Position numbers and translations under genes: made by a program | Assembly: GCA_951406725.2 (NCBI GenBank) | Contig: OX597814.1 | Span: 165,416,001 to 165,480,000 of the forward strand | Origin: Octopus vulgaris | Lineage: Eukaryota | DNA: 64,000 bases | Direction of reading: 5' to 3' | Notes under the pieces: model-generated | Told to the model about the DNA's origin: nothing | The model's input: only the letters and a program-made list of their open reading frames with translations | Database searches by the model: none | Shown: one piece after another, positions 1 to 12,590 of the stretch | How positions within the stretch are numbered: the stretch's first letter is position 1 | How the letters are laid out: the number at the start of each line of letters is the position of its first letter

Positions 1-44
1 TTATTATTATTATTAGTAGTAGTAGTAGTAGTAGTAGTAGTAGC

Positions 45-81
<37 letters not shown>

Positions 82-105
82 ATAGCAGCAGCAGCACCAC
101 CACCA
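1..105. repeat. Compound trinucleotide microsatellite (TTA)n-(TAG)n-(CAG)n-(CAC)n
   Basis: Directly visible tandem trinucleotide runs. Confidence 0.95.
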
Positions 106-111
106 CCTCCC

Positions 112-270
112 AGTGGTGTTGGGCGTCAACGAAGAGCCCTCGACTACAACAAGACGACCAAAGTTTTTTTTTTTTTTAATTTCCAAGGTCTGGGATCTCC
201 TGCCCCTAAGCCCTAGACCATCACCTAATCACCCTTACCTGTCTTGTTGCTTAACAACAACAACAGCAGT
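112..270 (+). repeat. Unclassified interspersed repeat; inverted copy at ~62272-62430
   Basis: gaagagccctcgactacaacaagacga...ccctagaccatcacctaatcaccct...cttgttgcttaacaacaacaac matches the reverse complement of 62272-62430. Confidence 0.8.
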
Positions 271-429
271 AGTAGTAGTAATTTAGATGGTGGGCTGATA
301 GATTTGTTTATTTTTTCTGAATTCAAATGTTACTGGGGTTGACTTTGCTTTCATCCTTTCAGGGTTGGTGTAATTGATTAACCTTCTCCCACAAAAATAT
401 CTGGCCTGCTATGCCTATAGCAGAGAAGC

Positions 430-735
430 CGTCATCATCGTTTAACATCTGCTTTTTATGTTGGCATGGGCTGGCCGGTTTGGCAGGAACCGACCAGCTG
501 AAGCACCGTTCAGGCTCCCTATCTGTTTTGGCATGGTTTCTATGGCTGGATGCCCTTCCTAATGCCAACCATTCTACAGAGTGTACTGGGTGCTTTTTAC
601 CTGGCAGCAGCATCTATGAGCCTGTGAGATTAGAGATGGTCAGCTGGAGAGGGTTGCATGGGACAAGCCTGTATGCAAGGACAACCACGCTTTTACTTAG
701 CTTGATGTGTCTTTTCAAGCACAGCAAATTGCCAG
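430..735 (-). mobile_element. 3' end fragment of the RTE-clade LINE family with (GAT)n tail
   Basis: catcatcgtttaac...ctggatgcccttcctaatgccaacc block, shared with the 3' end of the LINE at 43568-43960. Confidence 0.8.
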
Positions 736-974
736 GAGTTGTTATTATTATTATTATTAATATTGTTATTATTATTCTGTTGTGTCTGGGGAGAGTCATT
801 TTCTTTTTGTGCCTTATAATTTAACATACTGACCGGTAAAATTTCCACTTGTTTATCTTTATTTTTCTAAAATTTTCATTGCGTCTTGCAACCTTTTCAA
901 TAGTCTTGAATCATATAAAGAATCTTGCAAACTAAATCCAAAAACGAAATATTATTATTATTAGTAGTAGTAGT

Positions 975-1192
975 AAGGCAGCAAGCTGGCAGAATCATTA
1001 GCACGCCGGGTGAAATACTTAGTGGTACTTCATCTGCCACTATATTCTGAGTTCAAATTTCGTTGAGGTCAACTCTGCCTTTCATCCTTTCAGGGTTGAT
1101 TAAAAAGGTGCCAGTTATGCACTGGGGTTGATATAATCGACTTACCCCACCCCCAAAATTTCAGGCCTTATGCCTATAGTAGAAAGGATTAT
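975..1192 (+). mobile_element. tRNA-derived SINE with Meta/MESC-like central domain and (ATT)n tail
   Basis: Head with A-box-like gctggcagaatc and B-box-like gagttcaaat, central gcctttcatcctttcagggttgat block. Related copies at ~285-425, 28834-29065, 50370-50520, 51510-51735, 52930-53142. The domain name is from recall. Confidence 0.75.
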
Positions 1193-1225
1193 TATTATTA
1201 TCATCATCATCATTATTATTATTAT

Positions 1226-1335
1226 TGAGTGAGAGAGCAGTTCATGCCATCAAAGTGACACTGGGGTAAAATATACGAAGCCCAATATACCCATCATGAC
1301 TACCCGTCTGATAAGGGTACACCAGGCACATGCAT
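1226..1335 (-). mobile_element. 3' fragment of a non-autonomous retroposon ending in (AAT)n, within a (TTA)n run; longer copy at 51748-52077
   Basis: gagtgagagagcag..catgccatcaaagtgacactgg..tacaccaggca is near-identical at both loci, each abutting (TTA)n. Confidence 0.7.
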
Positions 1336-1553
1336 TATTATTATTATTATTATTATTGGTAGTAGTAGTTGTTGTTGTTTTATTCAACTCAAAGAAGGAA
1401 AAGGGTTTCCATGTTTTTTTTGCTTTGTTTTGTTTGCATTTCTTCCCAGAGGACAGTCTACTTGACCTTTTACAGGTGATTGTCTATAAGAAAAACATAG
1501 GTTGAGGATGCAGGAAGTAAAAACTGGGTGATGTGTCTAACTGGAGATAAACT

Positions 1554-1936
1554 GGAAGCACTCCGTCGGTTACGACGATGAGGGTTCCGGTTGATCCGAA
1601 TCAACGGAACAGCCTGCTCGTGAAATTAACGTGTAAGTAGCTGAGCACTCCACAGACACGTGCACCCTTAACGTAGTTCTCGGGGATATTCAGCGTGACA
1701 CAGAGAGTGACAAGGCCGGCCCCTTGAAATACAGGTACAACAGAAACAGGAAGTAAGAGTGAGAGAAAGTTGTGGTGAAAGAGTACAGCAGGGATCACCA
1801 CCATCCCCTGCCGGAGCCTCGTGGAGCTTTTAAGTGTTTTCGCTCAATAAACACTCACATCGCCCGGTCTGGGAATCGAAACCACAATCCTATGACCGCA
1901 AGTCCACTGCCCTAACCACTGGGCCGTTGTGCCTCC
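1554..1936 (-). mobile_element. Full-length tRNA-derived SINE (Arg-like head), young copy with 13-bp TSD
   Basis: Minus-strand head GGAGGCACAACGGCCCAGTGGTTAGGGCAG...GGTTTCGATTCC (A/B boxes). TSD aactggagataaa at 1539-1551 and 1937-1949. Near-identical copy at 48712-49093. Confidence 0.9.
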
Positions 1937-2698
1937 AACTGGAGATAAAACTTAGTAAGGCAGTCAAAGAGAAGGAGATAAACAGGAGTATCTGCTAGGG
2001 TTGGATAGGGAATAAGAACTGTTCCATATTTTATGGCCGGTGGGATGCATTTTGCTTTTTGTGTAATAGCTATGCCACCCAGACATGTGATCAGCACTTC
2101 TTTGTCAAATACTTATAGTGGTGGGAGTATCATTATCATCATCATTAACAGTTCTTAGTAGTAGTAGTAGTATATAATGATTCTAGTTTTGGTAGGAGGC
2201 CATAAAAATTGTGTTGGTGGAAATTGTCAGTTGGATCAACCTAGCTTGTTACTGATATTTATTGTATTGACCTTGAAAAAGCTGATGTTAAAGTTGTCTT
2301 TGGTGAAATTTGAACTCACAACATAGAGATGTTACTATATTACTGCAAGACATTTAATCCCTGTCCCAGTCCCTATAGTTTCTCACACTCCCGTAACCTT
2401 TCTAAATGCATTGTTTTCTTATAATATAGTGCAAGATTCCAGATTTCAGCTGGAGTGTGAAATTGAGTTGTGAGTCCCCACCACCTTTTTAGAGCTTTAT
2501 ATCACCTGTATATGTCACTGCAGAAACTACTGTTTAGTAGGTGACTAATTTAATGTGCACATATGGAAACACATACAAGCTGTCACATTGATGAAAATAG
2601 AAATATTCATGAAAAAACATTTTTTATCCTTCTAAAGTCAATAAAATACACCCCCACCTCTCTCTCTTTTTTTGTGTGTTATGTATGCATGTATATGT

Positions 2699-3033
2699 CA
2701 GGGATGTGCCACCTAGGTAAGCAAGGTAGAAAAATGTCACTATCAATCTATTTTATTCAAGGTAGGCATTGCCTACCTTGAATAAAATAGATTGATAGCG
2801 ACATTTTTCTTTTATGGCAATATATGCACCTAATTCAATAAAATTATGAAGGTTATTCTGATTATTTTGTATAAAATGCAAAATATTTTATTTTTTTGTA
2901 GACTATGTAGGCATAATTCGCCCCTACCTTTCAATCTCAGATGCACACCTATATTTTGCTTATTTTTTGTGTGTTTTACTACATATAGGCCACCAACTGC
3001 CTACCTTGAGTAATTACTGACAGCACCTGCTTG
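2699..3033. mobile_element. hAT-like MITE with an internal 83-bp palindrome
   Basis: Imperfect 11-bp TIRs cagggatgtgc / gcacctgcttg; 8-bp TSD-like flanks gtatatgt / atatatgt; recurring gcctacctt motif; palindrome at 2728-2810. Confidence 0.6.
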
Positions 3034-3341
3034 ATATATGTACATATATATATATATATATAAGAATGAATGTTTTTATATATAATGAACATACAGGAAG
3101 GACAACAGAACACAGACAAATCATATTCAATCTTCATATATATACAAATTTGCTGTCATTCTGATATTTGCTCCAACTCGGCCAGCCCCAGAAAAATGCT
3201 GTAGCTGTTTCTTGGAGAAGACAGAATGTGAACGCACAGACGGATGTGATACAAGAGAGGAATGTGAACGCACAAGACGGATGTGAATACAAGAGACGAA
3301 AACGAAATTGAAAACAGTAATGAAAAAACAAAACATATATA

Positions 3342-3527
3342 ACGGTGGTTCGGTAGCCACTACACATTTTTTTTCTCTCCTTGTTTTTTTTTCTGTATTC
3401 CTTTCTATAGAAGAGCGTAGGCTCGAAACATAAAATACTTTTTCTATTCCTGAGTGTTATACTAATACATCTGTTTGTTTTCTACACCACCTGTCTTCGT
3501 CTTTTGTTTTTTTCGTGAACTCTCCTA
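3342..3527 (+). mobile_element. Putative Penelope-like element terminal fragment with hammerhead-like motif; second copy at 35300-35512
   Basis: ttttctctccttgttttttt...gaagagcgtaggctcgaaac...ctaatacat..gtttgttt...cttcgtcttttgttt shared by both copies, both near (TA)n. Confidence 0.55.
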
Positions 3528-5243
3528 TGGCAAGTAAGAAAATGGAGAGCATATAAAATCAGCAGATATCAGTCTGTAAACATTCCAGTATGTCTATTTA
3601 TTCAAATGTATTAGATGAATACACACACATGTATGAGTGAAGGGTGTGAAAACATATAAGCATATAGAAACAAATAAGTAATTGAGCAAAAGAGCAAATT
3701 GGCAATAAACTGAATGAGTGTACAGGTGCTAGTTCCTTGTGGCCATTTCTGGTAAGAGGCAACAAAATCTTTCTAGATTATCTCCATCTTTTCAGTGTTA
3801 TGCAGGGATGAGCAGACAATGCTTGGAAAATGGGTGTGCCCCTAGGCTTCTTCAGAGGGTCTAAGTGGTTGGTGGGGTTAACTCATATAAAAGTTAGTTA
3901 AGAATAGCTGAAGTGTGTTTATCCTTTTAAATAGAGCAGAATGAGAATAAGAGTAAGAGCAAACACAAGAATACAAGTGGAGTACATCATAGTACAATGA
4001 TTTGGGCATAGCAAGGGGAAATAAGATACAGACTTCGCATAATATATTATAAGATCCATGTTATTTCATCCTGTGGTGGATAGATGAAATTAGTCATTCT
4101 CATTTGACTAAAACAAATTGTTCAATCTGTTATTATATGTATATTTCTGCCTCACCAACATCTTCATGAAGGCATGTGACCTAGTGTGTAATTGTCTGCT
4201 TCCTCTTACATTTATATGGTCCCTCAGAAATTAGCCAAATTTCCATCGAATTTCACCCTACCAACAAGAAAGATATATTGAGTAATATGGTCCCAGATAT
4301 ACTATGTCCATAAAATAAAATAAATAAATAAAAAGGAGATAGGAAATCTTGGCTAGAACTCCTTTCATCTTAAATCTGCTTTATCAAAGCTGATCTAAAG
4401 CTAAACAACTATTACATCAGAAAGAGGGGTATGGAATTCCGAACCATCTTAAATGATATATTCTTTTCTGACTATATTTCTCATTACTGTGTTACTATGG
4501 ACTTAAACATTGCAAATACTTGGTTGTAGGTTTGATCCCACTGTATAGAACATTGGACAACAAATGTCCTCTACCAAAAGTCTCATGTTGGCTGGTACCT
4601 TATGAATTGAATTTGGTAGATGAAGACTGCAGAAGCCCTTTATATCTTTATGTGTGTGTGTGTGTGTGCATGTATAAAAGACTATGTAGCACTCACAATC
4701 AAGTATTAGCTGTATGTACCATGCTTTTCCTAATTGTTTTAGGTGCCTGTGTAATCCCAAGCAGACATAACTACTCTCTTGATCCTCCTAGTCTTTGACA
4801 TCAATAGCACATCTATGATGCGACAGCTGAGAAATTGAACCTTTGACCATATGATCATAAGTCAAACACCTCTAACCATTAGGCCATGTACCTAACAAAT
4901 TCAAAGTTGCACTGACTGCTGTAAAGAGACAGAGGTGAAAGTTTAACAACAGACCTAGTAGTTTCTCAGCAATGGAATGGAATTTCCTTTGTTGCTGAAC
5001 CCCAGGTTAGCTTTAACTGGTCAGAGCAGACCTGTGATCAAGCACATTCCATTCATGACCATATTGTCCTTCTTTTAAGTTTTGTGTTTCATAGAATACA
5101 TTAGCTAGTGTGCCCCCATCTTTTCAATAAATTAGAGTGTAATTTGATAGAGATTTAACTACCATTTCTAGCAGGATGAAGGAAAACTTTGAGGCTTCTT
5201 CATTTTGTTTTTTTGTTTTCTCATTTTCTCTTTGTTGTAATCT

Positions 5244-5287
<44 letters not shown>

Positions 5288-6984
5288 TGTGATTTATATA
5301 AAGTTAATGCACTCTGTGAAATGGAGGTAATCTCCCAGACATCTGAGTTGTTGTTGTTTCTATTGTTTAGCCACAGGCTAGCCATAATTAAAGGGTCTAT
5401 GCACTCTGTCAATAACTAGCCTATAATTTGCTTATTTGCAAAGTAGCTAGGAAGATATTTTCTAAAATAAATTAATGTAATTTGAGAGAAATTTAGCTAT
5501 GATTTTTAGCAGGCCAAATGACTATGTAGAGGCTTCCTTATAGGATGTAATTCTTAGTTGAGCCATTTCATTTCATCTATTCATCATATCTGCAATTTTT
5601 TTACTGTACTTAATTTCCAGATAGGCTGCTGCCAGGTTAACCTGCCCTAAGCACACTAAATGAAGTTGTGTCTGCCAGGCTGACTCATTGACCTATTATA
5701 GGTGAATATGTGTGATTGTTGAAGCATTAACAGCTGTGGAATGCTTAAACATTGTTATTTTTTGTTTACCCTGGGTCAGTCCCATCCTTTTTTAAGATTG
5801 TAGGCTGTAATATGGAAGTAACTTGGTTTCTATTTCTAGTGGTTTGATTAACCATTTAAAAGCTTCCTCATTGACTAATGTGCTTAAGGCTCAGGAGAAA
5901 ATTCAGAACTTGTACTGCTATCGGTGTTAGACTTTCGCAGCCCTTCCTAGATATTAAGCAGCCTTAGTCTTTTATATAGGTTTTAAGTTGATTTGTAGAT
6001 TGATTTGTAGTTGATATATAGGTTTTAAGTTGATTTGTAGAAATTTTAATATAGGCACGGGCATGGCTGTCTGATATAAAGTTTGATTCCCCACCACTAT
6101 GTGGCATCTTGGACAAGTGTCTTCTACCATAACCCCAGGCCTAACATAAACTTGTGAGAGTTAGTAGTTAGAAACTAAAAGAAACCCTTTTCAGGAACAG
6201 TTTACCCCTGGATAACATTATGGCAGTGAATTGGCCAAGGTGTTTGAGTATTAAATAAAATATCTGAGTTCAAATCCCACCAAGATTGATTTAAAAAGTA
6301 TCAATATAGAATAATGGATTTGGCCGAAATGTTTGAGGTTAAGATGCCTTACAGTGTCTCTTCTGCAATGCCTATAATAACTCTGGTGCCAAACTGTAAA
6401 TGTTCAAGTTAATAGCTTCAACCTTTGATAAACATTGTTGACATGGAAAGGGGAGATTTGTATCTATGGTCAACAACAAGTCTTCCTCAAAAACTTTTGC
6501 CCAGATGTGCATATTTGTATGTAGATGCATGGTCAAACTTAGATTAACAGAGCCCTTAGGACTACATTTTCTGATACAAGCAAAGCCACTTTTACTAGGA
6601 TAGTAAGGTGTGATTTAGTGGAGACTTAGTTGTTATTTCTTGTGAGTCAGGCAATCCCATAACTGTTCCTCCTCATTTTGGGTCAATTCCTATTAATCCC
6701 TGCTTTTGAGTATGAACCTAGATATTAACCTTTTCTTCAGCATATTTCTGATGAAATATACTGCTTGTATTTTTGAATTAATTATGGAAATAATCAAGAT
6801 TCTAAAGGGATTTAGTAAACCTAAATTTGTCATTATTAAATCGATGTTTGGACTTGACTAAACATTCTTGTATAAAATTATGTTGATTAGTTTCAATTTA
6901 AATACAAACATCTTAAAACAGGTGTTTTGTATCATAGAATTAGGGACTGTTTCAACAAAATAGTTTCCAAGAAAGAGTTAAGAG

Positions 6985-7352
6985 ATCTTTTACTTGTTTC
7001 AGTTGTTAGATTATGGCCATGCTGGGGCACCATCTTGAAGAATTTTAGTCAAAGAAATCAACCCCAGTACTTTTTTTTAAAATCCTGGCACTTATTCCAT
7101 CAGTCTCTTTTGCTGAACCACTAAGTTACAGGGGACGTAAGTACAGCAACACTGGTTGTCAAGCAGTGGTGTGGGGACAAATACAGAACAAAGACACATG
7201 CACACAAACACACACACACAAACACTACAGGTTTCTTTTAGTTTCTGTCTACCAAATTCAATCACAAGGCTTTGGTCGGTCCAAGGTGCCATGCAGTGGG
7301 ACTGAACCTGGAACCATGTGGTTGGGAAGCAAGCTTCTTATCACACTGCCAC
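6985..7352 (-). mobile_element. CORE-type tRNA-derived SINE (Octopus OR2-like family), diverged copy
   Basis: Homologous to the 55398-55797 copy: head, internal microsatellite and ...ccagcatggcc...gaaacaagtaaaaga tail on the minus strand. Confidence 0.8.
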
Positions 7353-8467
7353 ACGTTCATGGATAATCATGGTTATTTCTAATATTTATATTTTATTTAG
7401 TCAGTTGGAAAGGCAAAACCTATGATTATTTACAGGGTCTCTGAGTCTGGTAGGAGGGTACTAAAGAAGGTATCATTGTACTAGAGATTTGGTGTAAATG
7501 CTTACAAGAGAATGGACTCTGCTAAAGGCACCCACGGTGCTAGGTAATGATATTAAACTGGGCGAAGGATTAAGTCTACCACTCAAGTAGGCCTTGGCAG
7601 GACTTGAACTCTGAACACAAAGAGACTGAACAAATACCATAAGGTGTCTGGTTCAACATTCTTTCAGTTCCAGCAATCCACCTCCCAACGTTGGTATTTT
7701 TTTTTATTGATTCCAAAAGAGTGAGAGACAAGGTTGATCTCAGCAAAGATTTGAACTCACACCACAGAGAATTGGAACAAATAGCATAAAGCATTCTATC
7801 TGCTACTCTAATGACTCTCCCAAATTACTGCCTAATCTCTAATATATTCTGTGTGCTCCTCTTTGTTCATTTAACCCTCCTTCCTGTCACTACCTTCAGT
7901 CCAGTTTTGATAGCGTTTAATGTCACAAACTCCATAAAAACTTGTTGGTAACAGTTTCATGTCTGCTTTACAAATGAAAAAGGTCACTTAAAACACTGTA
8001 AAATACCAAAACAAATGTGCGACTGGTACTAACTAACAATTACTGGTGAATCTAACGGTTGTTAGATGTATAAAAGTGTGCATTACATAAAGAGAAAGAG
8101 AAACAGGGGCAGACAGACAGACATAAATCTAAACCATGCATACATTCAGACAGTTGGGTAAATGTGCATATATGTTCAAATATATAGGTGTGTATAAAAG
8201 TATGTATCAGTGATTCTCTACAGGAATGTATGATTTCATTCTGTATCTGTATATGTATGCATATATATATATATATATATATACTCTTTTACTTGTTTCA
8301 GTCATTTGACTGCAGCCATGCTGGAGCACTGCTTTTAGTTGAGCAAATCAACTCCAACTTATTCTTTGTAAGCCTAGTACTTATTCTATCAGTTTCTTTT
8401 GCCGAACTGCTAAGTTACGGGGACATATACACACATACATATATATATATATATATACACATATTTT

Positions 8468-8792
8468 TATTACATTCACTACCTCCTGAACCTTCCATTT
8501 CCTGCTAGTTCTCAGGTTGGGCTGAATTGATCTTACAACTTTATTCCCCAAATCTTCAAACATACGCAAGAGCCTTGCTTTTCCAGCCTTGTATTCATCA
8601 ACAATGGACTTTAGAGGTGCTTGGGAAAAGTAGGGAGCAACATCAGAGGCCATGTGGGACACTGAGCCATTTCCTGGAGTATTGATTGGTCTCCATCATT
8701 TCTGCTGTGCTAATGCTATCATATATCAGTAAAGATCAAAGGAGCTTTGATATCAGTATGAACAACAGACACTAGACCTTGTATTTGCCGTC
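8468..8792 (-). mobile_element. Decayed fragment of a HERO-like (RLE-type) non-LTR retrotransposon
   Basis: Minus-strand translation GKYKV*CL..I.KLL..LLIYD...RKWL.VP and SIVDEYKAGKARL..RTSRKWKV resembles the post-RT region of HERO-type elements; contains stops and frameshifts. Confidence 0.6.
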
Positions 8793-8963
8793 CATCATGT
8801 ATTTATGTGTGTTTATGTATACATATATATATATATGCATACATATGTATGAATATATACACATGCATGTCTTATACATATGCATATATATATTATATAC
8901 ACACACACATACACATGTATGAATATATACACATGCATGGCTTATACATATGCATATACATGC

Positions 8964-8993
<30 letters not shown>

Positions 8994-8994
<1 letters not shown>

Positions 8995-9209
8995 TAGGGA
9001 GTATAACACCAAACTTACAGGGGAAAATTCAATTTATTATTAAATCAAATTTCACAATATAAATTAGAGAAAAACCACTATTATGCAATTCAAATAATGA
9101 TAGACATAAACCAAATCATAAATAGAAAATAAGATATATATATTTTTAATATTTTATTTTTTATTTATGATTTGGTTTATGTCTATCATTGTTTTTCTCT
9201 AATTTATAT

Positions 9210-9210
<1 letters not shown>
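8994..9210. mobile_element. AT-rich foldback element in a (TA)n context (probable Penelope-like terminus); same family in opposite orientation at 39573-39897
   Basis: Inverted arms aatataaattagagaaaaac..aatgatagacataaaccaaatcataaata / tatttatgatttggtttatgtctatcatt..tttttctctaatttatatt. The stem ccaaacttacaggg(g)aaaattcaattta is shared in reverse complement with 39830-39895. Confidence 0.6.
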
Positions 9211-9240
<30 letters not shown>

Positions 9241-10088
9241 CTATGCACATCTGCATATATATATGTGTGTAGGCTAGACAGACACACTGAGACATAAATC
9301 GCTAGATAGGTAGGTAGGAAGATAGGTAAGTTGATAGGTAAGTTCATTTGTTATAAAAAGAAATCTGTATTCATGTTTAATTTTGAATAGTATTGCAACT
9401 TTGGCTGCTACCTATATACTGTGAATAGGACCACATACACCTTGTGTATTGTATATCTGATTGAGTATTGAGTGGGTGGCAAGTGAGTGAGTACCAAGTA
9501 ATTTTTTGCACTTCATGGTTGACTGGAAGAAAATGCAAACCACAAATTCCAGCTAGTACGTCAGCCAAAACTGTTCTGCTGCTACATGTCTCTTGTTCTT
9601 ATTAGTCTGCAGTTAGGTATACTTAGTGGTAGTGTTGTGCATTATAGCAATTATCATAGTAGTGGTCACTGGTTCTTGTTGCAGAGTTTGTGATCAAGTG
9701 GCGTTTATGGTGGTTGTACTGATTATTTCAAAGCAGACACTACTCCTCAGACTTCATTGCAACATCATGATGCTTGTAGTGTGGTTGTTTGTATGGTGCA
9801 TGTTGTGTTACAGTTAGTGTATGCTAATATTTATGGTGTTGCGGTTCAGCCTCTGATCAGCCCTGAATGAACAGACATATGATTAAATGCATTCCATCTA
9901 TGTCTGTCATATCTTAATCTTTTTTTTATTTTTCAAACAGTGAACTATCTTATTCATTGTGCTCACTTTTTAAAGACAGATGTCATGTCTGGAGGGATTT
10001 AGTTGTGATTTCTAGTAATTTGTGCAGCCATGTTGATGATCCATCCTTCAGTGACTTCATAGATTCTGTTAGTCACCATTGCACCATA

Positions 10089-10961
10089 CAAGGTGTTCAG
10101 GTTTGCATTAAAAGAAAAGAAAGCAATATTCCATTCAAAAATAAAAGTATTAAAAAAAAACTGAAAATATCATCCAGATTATGGTTAGGAGTTAGGAGAT
10201 AACAGTTTACTCAAAGTAGCTTCCTTCAGTTTCAACCACAGCCTTAAGATGGTTTTGAAACCTGGCACATACCTTCCTTGGAAGACCTTTAAATAACTCT
10301 TTCATCTTGGTTCCCAGCTTGGCCTTATTGATGCAGGTGTTTTTCTCAACTGTACCCCACACAGAGTAATCTATGGGATTACAATTGGGGGAATTAGGAG
10401 GCCAGAAATTGGGGCTGGTGAAGTTGTAGAAATTTTCCAACAACCGCTTCTAACTCTTTCTAGAGATATGGCAAGGAACTGAACCCTAATGTTACACATG
10501 GCCTTCCGACAACAACCCTCTCCAACTAAGGTTTGACCATAATGTGCAGCAGCTTCACATAGCTGCCTCAACTGAGCCTAAGGCCTAATTCAAAGGTGTG
10601 GAGTAGCATGACATAACCCTCACCAAAGACACACCCAAGGACCATCATTTTCCTGCTGTCCATGTCTTTGTAGTTTCCATTGCAGCTGTCCACGTCATGT
10701 CTTACAATCTTTACAGTGTTCACAAAGTATTGAGTAGCAGTCATGATGTCAGCATTTTGATACCCAGCATGAATCATTATGATACTGGTAATGCTTTTCC
10801 AATATTTAGATGGCTTCCAGTCATGCATGTCAGCTAACTTTTCTTCGACCACAACTTTAATCTTTATGCTCTATAAGGCCACTGCCTGTTCACCAATACA
10901 TCAGGTTGTTACTGAAAAAGGAAGACACAAAGATATTGTCTGATTAAGCCCAAACACCCTG
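10089..10961 (-). mobile_element. Internally deleted Tc1/mariner (maT/DD37D-like) DNA transposon with decayed transposase
   Basis: TIRs caaggtgttcaggttt / aagcccaaacaccctg flanked by TA. ORF 10207-10443 encodes FWPPNSPNCNPIDYSVWG...LKAVVETEGSYFE (WPPNSPDxNPxDY motif). Confidence 0.85.
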
Positions 10962-11129
10962 TACACTGTAAATAGTATAGATGTAAATAGTATAGTGTTG
11001 TGTAACAGTTATATATATTATGTAGAATGTAGAGTGGCAGTGAATGCATGTTGAAATATGTAGAATACCTTAAGCTATATATAAATATGTAATATGCTGG
11101 TATTGTGTGACTGCATGGTGGAGGTCTAG

Positions 11130-11860
11130 TGTGATGTTTTGGAGAGGTTGTATGGCAGTAGGTGTATGTTGTGTCACTGTGTGTTGTATGATGCGGTAGT
11201 ATGTAAATTAGTGTTTGTTGTGGAGGGGAGCATGTGATTGTCACTCTATGTTATGTGAAACTTTAATGTGACAGTCAGTGTATGTTGTGAGATGTGTGAC
11301 AATCACACATTCATGTGGAGGCATGACAAGTGTTTTGTAATGTGTGTAGGTTTAATGTGATGGTCAGTGCATGTTTTGTGATTGCGTAATCTGGTTATGA
11401 ATGTATGTTATGTGGTGGTATGTTATGATGTTCACTATATGCTGTGTGGTATGTGACAGTCACTATATTTTGTTTGGCAGTGTAGTGTGACAGTTACCAT
11501 ATGTTATGCCATGTAATGTGACAGTCACTGTAAATTCTGCTGCTGTGTGTTACAACTGAAAGCGTATGTTATGTGATGGTGTAGTGACTTAGTTAATATG
11601 TATCGTATATGAGGTGCAATGAGTTGAGCAGAATATGTTCAATGGAATTTTAGTGTCAGTCAATCAGTGTAGGTTTGTGGGAAGTAGTATTGCAACAGTC
11701 AGTGTATGCTGTAGTATAGAAGAGTGTGTCATGTGCAATGTATAGACTGTAAGTAATGCTCAGTGTATACAGGGTGAGATATTGTGTAAAAAACCGATGT
11801 GTGTTTTGTGGAGGTGTGGCGTCACATTCAGTGAATTGCATTGTGATGTATTTGAAAATT
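11130..11860. repeat. Degenerate TG-rich minisatellite / low-complexity tract
   Basis: Recurring tgtgacagtcact / tgtgatggtcagtg motif at roughly 30-45 bp spacing; strongly G/T-biased strand. Confidence 0.6.
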
Positions 11861-12013
11861 CTTGCAATCACACCTTGATTCATTGTCTTGAACAAAGAAG
11901 TAGTCTTGAGGATATATCCTATTTTCATATTATCAGAAAAGTTCATTACATTTCACTGTGTCACTTGGTGTATTGTCTTAAACTTAGTACTTTGTTGGAA
12001 ATATTATGCCCAC

Positions 12014-12153
12014 GGGCATATGGCATAGTGGTTAAGAGCACGGGCTACTAACCCCAAGATTCCGAGTTCAATTCCAGGCAGTGACCTGAATAATAATAAT
12101 AATAATAACAACAACAACAACATCGAAAATTACCTTAGGAATGAGAACCCAGG
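12014..12153 (+). mobile_element. tRNA-derived SINE head followed by (AAT)n(AAC)n
   Basis: ggcatatggcatagtggttaagagcacgggctactaaccccaagattccgagttcaattccag has A and B boxes but no intact acceptor stem. Confidence 0.6.
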
Positions 12154-12550
12154 TGTAAACTCAAACATTTCTTAAACCTTTCAAACAAACCTTTACTAGA
12201 CAAAATAGGTTTTTCATAAGAAGTTTTCCTGTCCCTTTTCTACAGCTCATCATAAAAACATTTGGCATTTTGTTTTTAATTACCATTCTGCTTATTAGCA
12301 TATTACATTGAATCTGATCCTCAATCATACATTAATGTGAGCATTGCATGCTGCCCCATGAAAAAAAATTGATTTGTGAGTATGTGTTAAAAATTGTTAT
12401 CTTATTCCTATGGGTATAAGAGCAGAAATGAAATGCTGGAAAAATGAAAGAGGCGGGAGGAAGTGCTGTATGATTGCAATTAGTTGAAGGTTTACTAGAT
12501 TCATGGGCACTTTGCACCTCTGACTTGAACCATAAAAACTCCACACTCTA

Positions 12551-12590
<40 letters not shown>

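Noticed and set aside
860-905. Hammerhead-like UUGAAAAG-GUUGC..GCAAU-GAAA on the minus strand
   Set aside because: The core deviates at several positions and helix I is not evident; too weak from a single copy.
9626-9817. Hydrophobic small membrane-protein-like ORF
   Set aside because: Arises from GT-rich low-complexity sequence, with a non-ATG start and no splice or homology support.
12014-12080. tRNA gene
   Set aside because: A/B boxes are present but there is no complete cloverleaf, and it continues into repeat sequence, so it is a SINE head. The same applies to the heads at 1865-1936, 49020-49093 and 60425-60497.
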